Shown here one piece after another: positions 46,313 to 60,390 of a stretch of DNA of 64,000 nt; the first letter of the stretch is position 1; each line of letters opens with the position of its first letter. The stretch lies in NCBI RefSeq assembly GCF_009914755.1, contig NC_060948.1; one strand, 5' to 3'. The position numbers and the translations under genes were made by a program. Origin of the DNA: the human T2T-CHM13v2.0 reference genome, Homo sapiens. The notes under the pieces are model-generated. The model was not told the DNA's origin. It searched no databases and saw only the letters and a list, made by a program, of their open reading frames with translations.

Positions 46313-49300
46313 ATGGACTCGTTTGGAATGGTGTAGTATGCAATGCAATCGACTGGCAGGGAATCAAAAGGAATGTAATCGAATGGATTGGACTGGAATG
46401 CAATGGACTCGAATAGATTGGAAACGGAATGCAAAGGAATGGAATGGAATAGTATGGAATGGAATGGAAAGGAATGGAGTGGAATAGACTAGAGTGGAAT
46501 GGAATGGACTCGAAAGCAATGGACTGGAATGGAACTTTCTTGAATGGACTGGAATCAAACGGAATGGAATGCAATGCAATCAAATGGCATGGAATAAAAT
46601 AGAATGAAAGAGAATCAAACGGAATTGAATCGAATGGAATCGAATGGATTGGAAAGGAATAGAATGGAATGGAATGGAATTGACTCAAATGGAATGGACT
46701 AGAATGGAATGGATTCGAATGGAAGGCAAAGGAATGGAATCTATTGGAATGGACTGTAATGGAATGGAATGGAAGGGATTGGAATGGACTCGAATGGAAT
46801 GGACTGCAATAGAAAGGATTCGAATGGAATGAAAAAGAATTGAATGGAATAGAACAGAATGGAATCAAACCTCATGAAATAGAATGGAATAGAAAGGAAT
46901 GGAATGAAATCGAATGGAAAGGATTCGAATGGAATGCAATCGAATGGAATGCAATCGAATGGAATGGAATCGAACGGAATGGAATAAAATGGAAGAAAAC
47001 TGGCAAGAAATGGAATCGAAATGAATGGAGTGTTAAGGAACGGACTCAAAAGGAATTGAATGTAATAGAATGGAGTGGAGTAGACTCGAATATAATGGAC
47101 TGGAATGGAATGAAATCACATGGAATGGGAACGAATGGAATGGAATGGAAAGGAATGGAATCGAATGGAAAGGAATCGAATGGAAGGGAATGAAATTGAA
47201 TGAACAGGAATGGAAGGGAATAGAATAGACGGTAATGGAATGGACTCGAATAGAATGGACACGAATGCTCAAATTGAATGGACTCGAATGGAATGGAAAG
47301 GAAAGGAATGTCATCGAATGCAATTCAATCGATTGGAATGAAATCGCATAGGATGGAGTGGAATCAAATGGAATTGAATCGAAAGGAAAAGAAGCGAATT
47401 GACTGAAATGAAATGGAATGGAATTGAATGGAAAGTAATGCAACGGAATAGAATGGAATGAAATTTCACGGAATGGAATCAAACTGAATGGAATCAAATC
47501 AATGGAATATAATCAAATGGAATGGAAAGGAATTGAATGGAGTAGATTGTATTGGATGGGATTGGAATGAAATGTACTGGAAAGGACTCGAATTTCATGA
47601 AACGGAATGGAATGTATTAGAACGGAATGGACTCGAATGGAATTGAATGTCACGGAATGGCATCAAATGGAATGGCATCAATTGGAATGGAATCGAATGC
47701 AATGGAATGCTATGGAATGGAATGGAATGCATTGGAATGGAATGTCCTCTAATGGAATGGATTCGAGTGGAATGGAATCGAATATAATGGAGTCTAATGA
47801 AATGGAATTGAAAGGAATGGGATCCAATACAATGGAATATACTGGAATGTAATGTAATGAACTCGAATGTAATTGACTGGAATGGAATGTACATGAATGG
47901 AATGTAATCGAATGGAAAGTAATCCAATGGAATAGAATCTAATGCAATAAAATCGACTCAAATAGAGTAGAATGTAATGGAATGGAGTGCAGTGCAATGG
48001 AATGGAATGGAATGGGATGGAATGGTATGGAATGGATAGTAATGGACTGGAGTGAAATGGACTGGAAAATAATGGACTCAAATTGAAAGGGCTCGAAAGG
48101 AATGGAGTCAAATGGAATGGTCTGGAATGGAATGAACACGAATGTAATGCAATCCAATAGAATGGAATCGAATGGCATGGAATATAAAGAAATGGAATCG
48201 AAGAGAATGGAAACAAATGGAATGGAATTGAATGGAATGGAATTGAATGGAATGGGAACGAATGGAGTGAAATTGTATGCAGTAGAAGAGAATAGAATGG
48301 AATGCAAGCGAAAGGAAAGGAATGGATTGGAATGGAATGGAATTCATTGGAATGGAAGGGAATGTAGTGTAATGGACAGGCCTGGAATAAAGTGGAATGC
48401 TACGGTCTCGAATGGAATAAAAATGTATGGAATGGAATGCAATGAAACGGAATCGAATGTCATAGAAGTAATGGAATGCAAAAAAATGGACTCCAAAATC
48501 ATTGACTGGAAAGGCTGGGTGTCGAAAGGAATTGACTCCAATGGAATGGAATCGAATGGAATGGAAGTGAATAGAATCGAACTAAATCGAATGGAATGGA
48601 ATTGATAGGAACGGAATGGAAAGGAATGCAATGATTTCGCATGGAATGGAATCGAATGGCATCGAATGGAATGGAATGGAATGCAATGGAATGGAATGTA
48701 TTAAAATGTAATGAACTTTAATGGAATGTACTCGAATGGATTCGACTGGAATGGAATGTTCTCGAAGTGAATGGACTCCAATGGAATGGATTCGAAAGCA
48801 ATGGAATCTAATGGAATGGAATTAAATGGAAATGAATCAAATTGAATAGAACGGAATTGAATTGAATGGAATCGAATGCAATGGAATCTAATGAAACGGA
48901 AAGGAAAGGAATGGAATGGAATGGAATGGAATGGGCTGGAATGGAATGGAATCGAAACGAATGGAATGGAATCGAACTGAAGAGACTGGAATGGAATACA
49001 CTGGAATGGAAGGGAATGTAATGGAAGGTTCTCGAAAAAATGTAATTGAAAGGAATGGAATTGAGTGGAACGGAATAGAGTCGAATGGAATTCAATGGAA
49101 TGGAATGGACTAGAGTGAAATGGAATCGAACCACAAGGAATGGACAGGAATAGAATGGTCTCGAATTGAATGGAATCGTATGGAATGGCATCAAACGGAA
49201 TGGAATGGACAGCCACGGAATGGAATGCACTCGAATGCAATGGAGTCGAAACTAATGGACTGGAATAGAATGGACTCGACTGGTACGGACTCCAATGGAA

Positions 49301-49824
49301 TGGAATCGAATGGAAGGGAATCGAACGGAATGGACTCGAAGGGAAAAGACTGCAATGGAAAGGTCTCGAATGGAATGGAAATTAATGGAATGGAATGGAA
49401 TCGAATGAAATGGAGTCAAAAGGAATGGAATCGAATGGCAAGAAATCGGATGTAATGGAATCGCAAGGAATTGATGTGAACGGAACGGAATGGAATGGAA
49501 TCCAAAGGAATGGAATAGAATGGAATGGAATCGAATGGAAAGGACTCGAATGGAAATCACTCGAATAGAATGCAATTTAATAAAATAGGATCAAATGTAA
49601 TGGAATGGAATGGAAAGGAATCGAAACGAAAGGAATGGAGACAGATGGAATGGAATGGAACAGAGAGCAATGGTATAGAATGGAATGGAATCATCTGGAA
49701 TGGAATTGAATGGAATGGAATAATATGAAATGGAATGGAATGGAATGGAATGCCCTTGAATTAAATGGACTGGAATGGAATGGACTCGAACAGAGTGGAA
49801 TGGAAAGTGTTGAAATAGAATGGA
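46313..49824 (+). repeat. DYZ1 unit 9 (3512 bp, lineage B)
   Basis: Marker spacing; 1-bp deletions at ~48467 and ~49040. Confidence 0.9.
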
Positions 49825-52800
49825 ATGGACTCGTTTGGAATGGTCTAGTATGCAATGCAATCGACTGGCAGGGAATCAAAAGGAATGTAATCGAATGGAT
49901 TGGACTGGAATGCAATGGACTCGAATAGATTGGAAACGGAATGCAAAGGAATGGAATGGAATAGTATGGAATGGAATGGAAAGGAATGGAGTGGAATAGA
50001 CTAGAGTGGAATGGAATGGACTCGAAAGCAATGGACTGGAATGGAACTTTCTTGAATGGACTGGAATCAAACGGAATGGAATGTAATGCAATCAAATGGC
50101 ATGGAATAAAATAGAATGAAAGAGAATCAAATGGAATTGAATCGAATGGAATCGAATGGATTGGCAAGGAATAGAATGGAATGGAATGGAATTGACTCAA
50201 ATGGAATGGACTAGAATGGAATGGATTCGAATGGAAGGCAAAGGAATGGAATCTATTGGAATGGACTGTAATGGAATGGAATGGAAGGGATTGGAATGGA
50301 CTCGAATGGAATGGACTGCAATAGAAAGGATTCGAATGGAATGAAAAAGAATTGAATGGAATAGAACAGAATGGAATCAAATCGAATGAAATGGAATGGA
50401 ATAGAAAGGAATGGAATGAAATGGAATGGAAAGGATTCGAATGGAATGCAATCGAATGGACTGGAATCGAACGGAATGGAATAAAATGGAAGAAAACTGG
50501 CAAGAAATGGAATCGAAATGAATGGAGTGTTATGGAACGGACTCAAAAGGAATTGAATGTAATAGAATGGAGTGGAGTGGACTCCAATATAATAGACTGG
50601 AATGGAATGAAATCACATGGAATGGGAACGAATGGAATGGAATGGAAAGGAATGGAATCGAATGGAAAGGAATCGAATGGAAGGGAATGAAATTGAATCA
50701 ACAGGAATGGAAAGGAGTAGAATAGACGGTAATGGAATGGGCTCGAATAGAATGGACACGAATGCTCAAATTAAATGGACTCGAATGGAATGGAAACGAA
50801 AGGAATGTCATCGAATGGAATTGAATCGATTGGAATGAAATCATATAGAATGGAGTGGAATCAAATGGAATTGAATCGAAAGGAAAGGAAGCGAATGGAC
50901 TGAAATGAAATGGAATGGAATTGAATGGAAATTAATGCAATGGAATAGAATGGAAAGAAATTTCACGGAATGGAATCAAACTGAATGGAATCAAATCAAT
51001 GGAATATAATCAAATGGAATGGAAAGGAATTGAATGGAGTAGATTGGATTGGATGGGATTGGAATGAAATGTACTGGAAAGGACTCGAATTTCATGAAAC
51101 GGAATGGAATGAATTAGAACGGAATGGACTCGAATGGAATGGAATATCACGGAATGGCATCAAATGGAATGGCATCAATTGGAATGGAATCGAATGCAAT
51201 GGAATGCTATGGAATGGAATGGAATGCATTGGAATGGAATGTCCTCTAATGGAATGGATTCGAGTGGAATGGAATCGAATATAATGGAGTCTAATGAAAT
51301 GGAATTGAAAGGAATGGGATCCAATACAATGGAATATACTGGAATGTAATGTAATGAACTCGAATGTAATTGACTGGAATGGAATGTACATGAATGGAAT
51401 GTAATCGAATGGAAAGTAATCCAATGGAATAGAATCTAATGCAATAAAATCGACTCAAGTAGAGTAGAATATAATGGAATGGAGTGCAGTGCAATGGAAT
51501 GGAATGGAATGGAATGCAATGGAATGGAATGGAATGGAATGGAATGGAATGTGATGGAATGGTATGGAATGGATAGTAATGGACTGGAGTGAAATGGACT
51601 GGAAAGGAATGGACTCAAATTGAAAGGGCTCGAAAGGAATGGAGTCAAATGGAATGGTCTGGAATGGAATGAACACGAAAGTAATGCAATCCAATAGAAT
51701 GGAATCGAATGGCATGGAATATAAAGAAATGGATTCGAAGAGAATGGAAACAAATGGAATGGAATTGAATGGAATGGAATTGAATGGAATGGGAACGAAT
51801 GGAGTGAAATTGTATGCAGTAGAAGAGAATAGAATGGAATGCAAGCGAAAGGAAAGGAATGGATTGGAATGGAATGGAATTCATTGGAATGGAAGGGAAT
51901 GTAGTGTAATGGACAGGCCTGGAATAAAGTGGAATGCTACGGTCTCGAATGGAATAAAAATGTATGGAATGGAATGCAATGAAACGGAATCGAATGTCAT
52001 AGAATGTAATGGAATGCAAAAAAATGGAATCCAAAATCATTGACTGGAAAGGCTGGGTGTCGAAAGGAATTGACTCCAATGGAATGGAATCGAATGGCAT
52101 GGAAGTGAATAGAATGGAACTAAATCGAATGGAATGGAATTGATAGGAACGGAATGGAAAGGAATGCAATGATTTGGCATGGAATGGAATCGAATGGCAT
52201 CGAATGGAATGGAATGGAATGCAATGGAATGGAATGTATTAGAATGTAATGAACTTTAATGGAATGTACTCGAATGGATTCAACTGGAATGGAATGTTCT
52301 CGAAGTGAATGGACTCCAATGGAATGGATTCGAAAGGAATGGAATCTAATGGAATGGAATTAAATGGAAATGAATCAAATTGAATAGAACGGAATTGAAT
52401 TGAATGGAATCGAATGCAATGGAATCTAAAGAAAAGGAAAGGAAAGGAATGGAATGGATTGGAATGGAATGGGCTGGAATGGAATGGAATCGAAACGAAT
52501 GGAATGGAATCGAACTGAAGAGACTGGAATGGAATGCACTGGAATGGAAGGGAATGTAATGGAAGGTTCTCAAGAAAAATGGAATCGAAAGGAATGGAAT
52601 TGAATGGAACGGAATAGAGTCGAATGGAATTCAATGGAATGGAATGGACTAGAGTGAAATGGAATCGAACCACAAGGAATGGACAGGAATAGAATGGTCT
52701 CGAATTGAATGGAATCGTATGGAATGGCATCAAACGGAATGGAATGGACAGCCACGGAATGGAATGCACTCGAATGCAATGGAGTCGACACTAACGGAGT

Positions 52801-53363
52801 GGAATAGAATGGACTCGACTGGTACGGACTCCAATGGAATGGAATCGAATGGAAGGGTATCGAACGGAATGGACTCGAAGGGAAAAGACTGCAATGGAAA
52901 GGTCTCGAATGGAATGGAAATTAATGGAATGGAATGGAATCGAATGAAATGGAGTCAAAAGGAATGGAATCGAATGGCAAGAAATCGAATGTAATGGAAT
53001 CGCAAGGAATTGAAGTGAATGGAACGGAATGCAATGGAATCCAAAGGAATGGAATAGAATGGAATGGAATCGAATGGAAAGGACTCGAATGGAAATCACT
53101 CGAATAGAATGCAATTTAATAAAATAGGATCAAATGTAATGGAATGGAATGGAAAGGAATCGAAACGAAAGGAATGGAGACAGATGGAATGGAATGGAAC
53201 AGAGAGCAATGGTATAGAATGGAATGGAATCATCTGGAATGGAATTGAATGGAATGGAATAACATGAAATGGACTGGAATGGAATGGAATGCCCTTGAAT
53301 TAAATGGACTGGAATGGAATGGACTCGAACAGAGTGGAATGGAAAGTGTTGAAATAGAATGGA
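49825..53363 (+). repeat. DYZ1 unit 10 (3539 bp, mosaic)
   Basis: Marker spacing. Confidence 0.9.
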
Positions 53364-56300
53364 ATGGACTCGTTTGGAATGGTCTAGTATGCAATGCAAT
53401 CGACTGGCAGGGAATCAAAAGGAATGTAATCGAATGGATTGGACTGGAATGCAATGGACTCGAATAGATTGGAAACGGAAAGCAAAGGAATGGAATGGAA
53501 TAGTATGGAATGGAATGGAAAGGAATGGAGTGGAATAGACTAGAGTGGAATGGAATGGACTGGAAAGCAATGGACTGGAATGGAACTTTCTTGAATGGAC
53601 TGGAATCAAACGGAATGGAATGCAATGCAATCAAATGGCATGGAATAAAATAGAATGAAAGAGAATCAAATGGAATTGAATCGAATGGAATCGAATGGAT
53701 TGGAAAGGAATAGAATGGAATGGAACGGAATTGACTCAAATGGAATGGACTAGAATGGAATGGATTCGAATGGAAGGCAAACGAATGGAATCTATTGGAA
53801 TGGACTGTAATGGAATGGAATGGAAGGGATTGGAATGGACTCGAATGGAATGGACTGCAATAGAAAGGATTCGAATGGAATGAAAAAGAATTGAATGAAA
53901 TAGAAGAGAATGGAAACAAATCGAATGAAATGGAATGGAAGAGAAAGGAATGGAATGAAATGGAATGGAAAGGATTCGAATGGAATGCAATCGAATGGAA
54001 TGGAATCGAACGGAATGGAATAAAATGGAAGAAAACTGGCAAGAAATGGAATCGAAATGAATGGAGTGTTATGGAACGGACTCAAAAGGAATTGAATGTA
54101 ATAGAATGGAGTGGAGTGGACTCGAATATAATGGACTGGAATGGAATGAAATCACATGGAATGGGAACGAATGGAATGGAATGGAAAGGAATGGAATCGA
54201 ATGGAAAGGAATCGAATGGAAGGGAATGAAATTGAATCAACAGGAATGGAAGGGAGTAGAATAGACGGTAATGGAATGGACTCGAATAGAATGGACACGA
54301 ATGCTCAAATTGAATGGACTCGAATGGAATGGAAACGAAAGGAATGTCATCGAATGGAATTGAATCGATTGGAATGAAATCGCATAGAATGGAGTGGAAT
54401 CAAAAGGAATTGAATCGAAAGGAAAGGAAGCGAATGGACTGAAATGAAATGGAATGGAATTGAATGGAAAGTAATGCAATGGAATAGAATGGAACGAAAT
54501 TTCACGGAATGGAATCAAACTGAATGGAATCAAATCAATGGAATATAATCAAATGGAATGGAAAGGAATTGAACGGAGTAGATTGGATTGGATGGGATTG
54601 GAATGAAATGTACTGGAAAGGACTCGAAATTCATGAAACGGAATGGAATGAACTGGAACGGAATGGAATCGAATGGAATGGAATGTCATGTAATGGCATC
54701 AAATGGAATGGAATCGAATGCGATGGAATGCTATGGAATGGAATGGAATGCATAGGAATGGAATGTCCTCTAATGGAATGTATTCGAGTGGAATGGAATC
54801 GAATATAATGGAGTCTAATGAAATGGAATTGAAAGGAATGGGACCGAATACAATGGAATAAACTGGAATGTAATGTAATGAACTCGAATGTAATTGACTG
54901 GAATGGAATGCACATGAATGGAATGTAATCGAATGGAAAGCAATCCAATGGAATAGAATCTAATGCAATAAAATCGACTCAAATAGAGTAGAATGTAATG
55001 GAATGGAGTGCAGTGCAATGGAATGGAATGGAATGCAACGGAATGGAATGGAATGGAATGGAATGGGATGGAATGGTATGGAATGGATAGTAATGGACTG
55101 GAGTGAAATGGACTGGAAAAGAATGGACTCAAATTGAAAGGGCTCGAAAGAAATGGAGTCAAATGGAATGGTCTGGAATGGAATGAACACGAATGTAATG
55201 CAATCCAATAGAATGGAATCGAATGGCATAGAATATAAAGAAATGGAATCGAAGAGAATGGAAACAAATGGAATGGAATTGAATGGAATGGAATTGAATG
55301 GAATGGGAACGAATGGAGTGAAATTGTATGCAGTAGAAGAGAATAGAATGGAATGCAAGCGAAAGGAAAGGAATGGATTGGAATGGAATGGAATTCATTG
55401 GAATGGAAGGGAATGTAGTGTAATGGACAGGCCTGGAATAAAGTGGAATGCTACGGTCTCGAATGGAATAAAAATGTATGGAATGGAATGCAATGAAATG
55501 GAATCGAATGTCATAGAATGTAATGGAATGCAAAAAAATGGACTCCAAAATCATTGACTGGAAAGGCTGGGTGTCGAAAGGAATTGACTCCAATGGAATG
55601 GAATCGAATGGCATGGAAGTGAATAGAATGGAACTAAATCGAATGGAATGGAATTGATAGGAACGGAATGGAAAGGAATGCAATGATTTGGCATGGAATG
55701 GAATCGAATGGCATCGAATGGAATGGAATGGAATGCAATGGAATGGAATGTATTAGAATGTAATGAACTTTAATGGAATGTACTCGAATGGATTCGACTG
55801 GAATGGAATGTTCTCGAAGTGAATGGACTCCAATGGAATGGATTCGAAAGGAATGGAATCTAATGGAATGGAATTAAATGGAAATGAATCAAATTGAATA
55901 GAACGGAATTGAATTGAATGGAATCGAATGCAATGGAATCTAATGAAAAGGAAAGGAAAGGAATGGAATGGATTGGAATGGAATGGGCTGGAATGGAATG
56001 GAATCGAAACGAATGGAATGGAATCGAACTGAAGAGACTGGAATGGAATGCACTGGAATGGAAGGGAATGTAATGGAAGGTTCTCAAGAAAAATGGAATC
56101 GAAAGGAATGGAATTGAATGGAACGGAATAGAGTCGAATGGAATTCAATGGAATGGAATGGACTAGAGTGAAATGGAATCGAACCACAAGGAATGGACAG
56201 GAATAGAATGGTCTCGAATTGAATGGAATCGTATGGAATGGCATCAAACGGAATGGAATGGACAGCCACGGAATGGAATGCACTCGAATGCAATGGAGTC

Positions 56301-56877
56301 GACACTAACGGAGTGGAATAGAATGGACTCGACTGGTACGGACTCCAATGGAATGGAATCGAATGGAAGGGTATCGAACGGAATGGACTCGAAGGGAAAA
56401 GACTGCAATGGAATGGTCTCCAATGGAATGGAAATTAATGGAATGGAATGGAATCGAATGAAATGGAGTCAAAAGGAATGGAATCGAATGGCAAGAAATC
56501 GAATGTAATGGAATCGCAAGGAATTGAAGTGAACGGAACGGAATGCAATGGAATCCAAAGGAATGGAATAGAATGGAATGGAATCGAATGGAAAGGACTC
56601 GAATGGAAATCACTCGAATAGAATGCAATTTAATAAAATAGGATCAAATGTAATGGAATGGAATGGAAAGGAATCGAAACGAAAGGAATGGAGACAGATG
56701 GAATGGAATGGAACAGAGAGCAATGGTATAGAATGGAATGGAATCATCTGGAATGGAATTGAATGGAATGGAATAACATGAAATGGACTGGAATGGAATG
56801 GAATGCCCTTGAATTAAATGGACTGGAATGGAATGGACTCGAACAGAGTGGAATGGAAAGTGTTGAAATAGAATGGA
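53364..56877 (+). repeat. DYZ1 unit 11 (3514 bp, lineage D)
   Basis: Marker spacing. Confidence 0.9.
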
Positions 56878-59800
56878 ATGGACTCGTTTGGAATGGTCTA
56901 GTATGCAATGCAATCGACTGGCAGGGAATCAAAAGGAATGTAATCGAATGGATTGGACTGGAATGCAATGGACTCGAATAGATTGGAAACGGAAAGCAAA
57001 GGAATGGAATGGAATAGTATGGAATGGAATGGAAAGGAATGGAGTGGAATAGACTAGAGTGGAATGGAATGGACTGGAAAGCAATGGACTGGAATGGAAC
57101 TTTCTTGAATGGACTGGAATCAAACGGAATGGAATGCAATGCAATCAAATGGCATGGAATAAAATAGAATGAAAGAGAATCAAATGGAATTGAATCGAAT
57201 GGAATCGAATGGATTGGAAAGGAATAGAATGGAATGGAACGGAATTGACTCAAATGGAATGGACTAGAATGGAATGGATTCGAATGGAAGGCAAATGAAT
57301 GGAATCTATTGGAATGGACTGTAATGGAATGGAATGGAAGGGATTGGAATGGACTCGAATGGAATGGACTGCAATAGAAAGGATTCGAATGGAATGAAAA
57401 AGAATTGAATGGAATAGAACAGAATGGAATCAAATCGAATGAAATGGAATGGAAGAGAAAGGAATGGAATGAAATGGAATGGAAAGGATTCGAATGGAAT
57501 GCAATCGAATGGAATGGAATCGAACGGAATGGAATAAAATGGAAGAAAACTGGCAAGAAATGGAATCGAAATGAATGGAGTGTTATGGAACGGACTCAAA
57601 AGGAATTGAATGTAATAGAATGGAGTGGAGTGGACTCGAATATAATGGACTGGAATGGAATGAAATCACATGGAATGGGAACGAATGGAATGGAATGGAA
57701 AGGAATGGAATCGAATGGAAAGGAATCGAATGGAAGGGAATGAAATTGAATCAACAGGAATGGAAGGGAGTAGAATAGACGGTAATGGAATGGACTCGAA
57801 TAGAATGGACACGAATGCTCAAATTGAATGGACTCGAATGGAATGGAAACGAAAGGAATGTCATCGAATGGAATTGAATCGATTGGAATGAAATCGCATA
57901 GAATGGAGTGGAATCAAATGGAATTGAATCGAAAGGAAAGGAAGCGAATGGACTGAAATGAAATGGAATGGAATTGAATGGAAAGTAATGCAATGGAATA
58001 GAATGGAACGAAATTTCACGGAATGGAATCAAACTGAATGGAATCAAATCAATGGAATCAAATCAAATGGAATGGAAAGGAATTGAATGGAGTAGATTGG
58101 ATTGGATGGGATTGGAATGAAATGTACTGGAAAGGACTCGAAATTCATGAAACGGAATGGAATGAACTGGAACGGAATGGAATCGAATGGAATGGAATGT
58201 CATGGAATGGCATCAAATGGAATGGAATCGAATGCGATGGAATGCTATGGAATGGAATGGAATGCATAGGAATGGAATGTCCTCTAATGGAATGTATTCG
58301 AGTGGAATGGAATCGAATATAATGGAGTCTAATGAAATGGAATTGAAAGGAATGGGACCGAATACAATGGAATAAACTGGAATGTAATGTAATGAACTCG
58401 AATGTAATTGACTGGAATGGAATGTACATGAATGGAATGTAATCGAATGGAAAGCAATCCAATGGAATAGAATCTAATGCAATAAAATCGACTCAAATAG
58501 AGTAGAATGTAATGGAATGGAGTGCAGTGCAATGGAATGGAATGGAATGCAACGGAATGGAATGGAATGGAATGGAATGGGATGGAATGGTATGGAATGG
58601 ATAGTAATGGACTGGAGTGAAATGGACTGGAAAAGAATGGACTCAAATTGAAAGGGCTCGAAAGGAATGGATCAAATGGAATGGTCTGGAATGGAATGAA
58701 CACGAATGTAATGCAATCCAATAGAATGGAATCGAATGGCATGGAATATAAAGAAATGGAATCGAAGAGAATGGAAACAAATGGAATGGAATTGAATGGA
58801 ATGGAATTGAATGGAATGGGAACGAATGGAGTGAAATTGTATGCAGTAGAAGAGAATAGAATGGAATGCAAGCGAAAGGAAAGGAATGGATTGGAATGGA
58901 ATGGAATTCATTGGAATGGAAGGGAATGTAGTGTAATGGACAGGCCTGGAATAAAGTGGAATGCTACGGTCTCGAATGGAATAAAAATGTATGGAATGGA
59001 ATGCAATGAAACGGAATCGAATGTCATAGAATGTAATGGAATGCAAAAAAATGGACTCCAAAATCATTGACTGGAAAGGCTGGGTGTCGAAAGGAATTGA
59101 CTCCAATGGAATGGAATCGAATGGAATGGAAGTGAATAGAATCGAACTAAATCGAATGGAATGGAATTGATAGGAACGGAATGGAAAGGAATGCAATGAT
59201 TTGGCATGGAATGGAATCGAAAGGCATCGAATGGAATGGAATGGAATGCAATGGAATGGAATGTATTAGAATGTAATGAACATTAATGGAAAGTACTCGA
59301 ATGGATTCGACTGGAATGGAATGTTCTGGAAGTGAATGGACTCCAATGGAATGGATTCGAAAGGAATGGAATCGAACGGAATGGAATTAAACGGAAATGA
59401 ATCAAATAGAATAGAACGGAATTGAATTGAATGGAATCGAATGCAATGGAATCTAATGAAACGGAAAGGAATGGAATGGAATGGGCTGGAATGGAATGGA
59501 ATCGAAACGAATGGAATGGAATCGAACTGAAGAGACTGGAATGGAATGCACTGGAATGGAAGGGAATGTAATGGAAGGTTCTCGAAAAAAATGGAATCGA
59601 AAGGAATGGAATTGAATGGAACGGAATAGAGTCGAATGGAATTCAATGGAATGGAATGGACTAGAGTCAAATGGAATCGAACCACAAGGAATGGACAGGA
59701 ATAGAATGGTCTCGAATTGAATGGAATCGTATGGAATGGCATCAAACGGAATGGAATGGACGGCCACGGAATGGAATGCACTCGAATGCAATGGAGTCGA

Positions 59801-60390
59801 AACTAATGGACTGGAATAGAATGGACTCGACTGGTACGGACTCCAATGGAATGGAATCGAATGGAAGGGAATCGAACGGAAGGGAATCGAACGGAATGGA
59901 CTCGAAGGGAAAAGACTGCAATGGAAAGGTCTCGAATGGAATGGAAATTAATGGAATGGAATGGAATCGAATGAAATGGAGTCAAAAGGAATGGAATCGA
60001 ATGGCAAGAAATCGAATGTAATGGAATCGCAAGGAATTGATGTGAACGGAACGGAATGGAATGGAATCCAAAGGAATGGAATAGAATGGAATGGAATCGA
60101 ATGGAAAGGACTCGAATGGAAATCACTCGAATAGAATGCAATTTAATAAAATAGGATCAAATGTAATGGAATGGAATGGAAAGGAATCGAAACGAAAGGA
60201 ATGGAGACAGATGGAATGGAATGGAACAGAGAGCAATGGTATAGAATGGAATGGAATCATCTGGAATGGAATTGAATGGAATGGAATAATATGAAATGGA
60301 ATGGAATGGAATGGAATGTCCTTGAATTAAATGGACTGGAATGGAATGGACTCGAACAGAGTGGAATGGAAAGTGTTGAAATAGCATGGA
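56878..60390 (+). repeat. DYZ1 unit 12 (3513 bp, lineage D / mosaic)
   Basis: Marker spacing; 1-bp deletion at ~58671; 15-bp duplication at 59863-59892. Confidence 0.9.
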
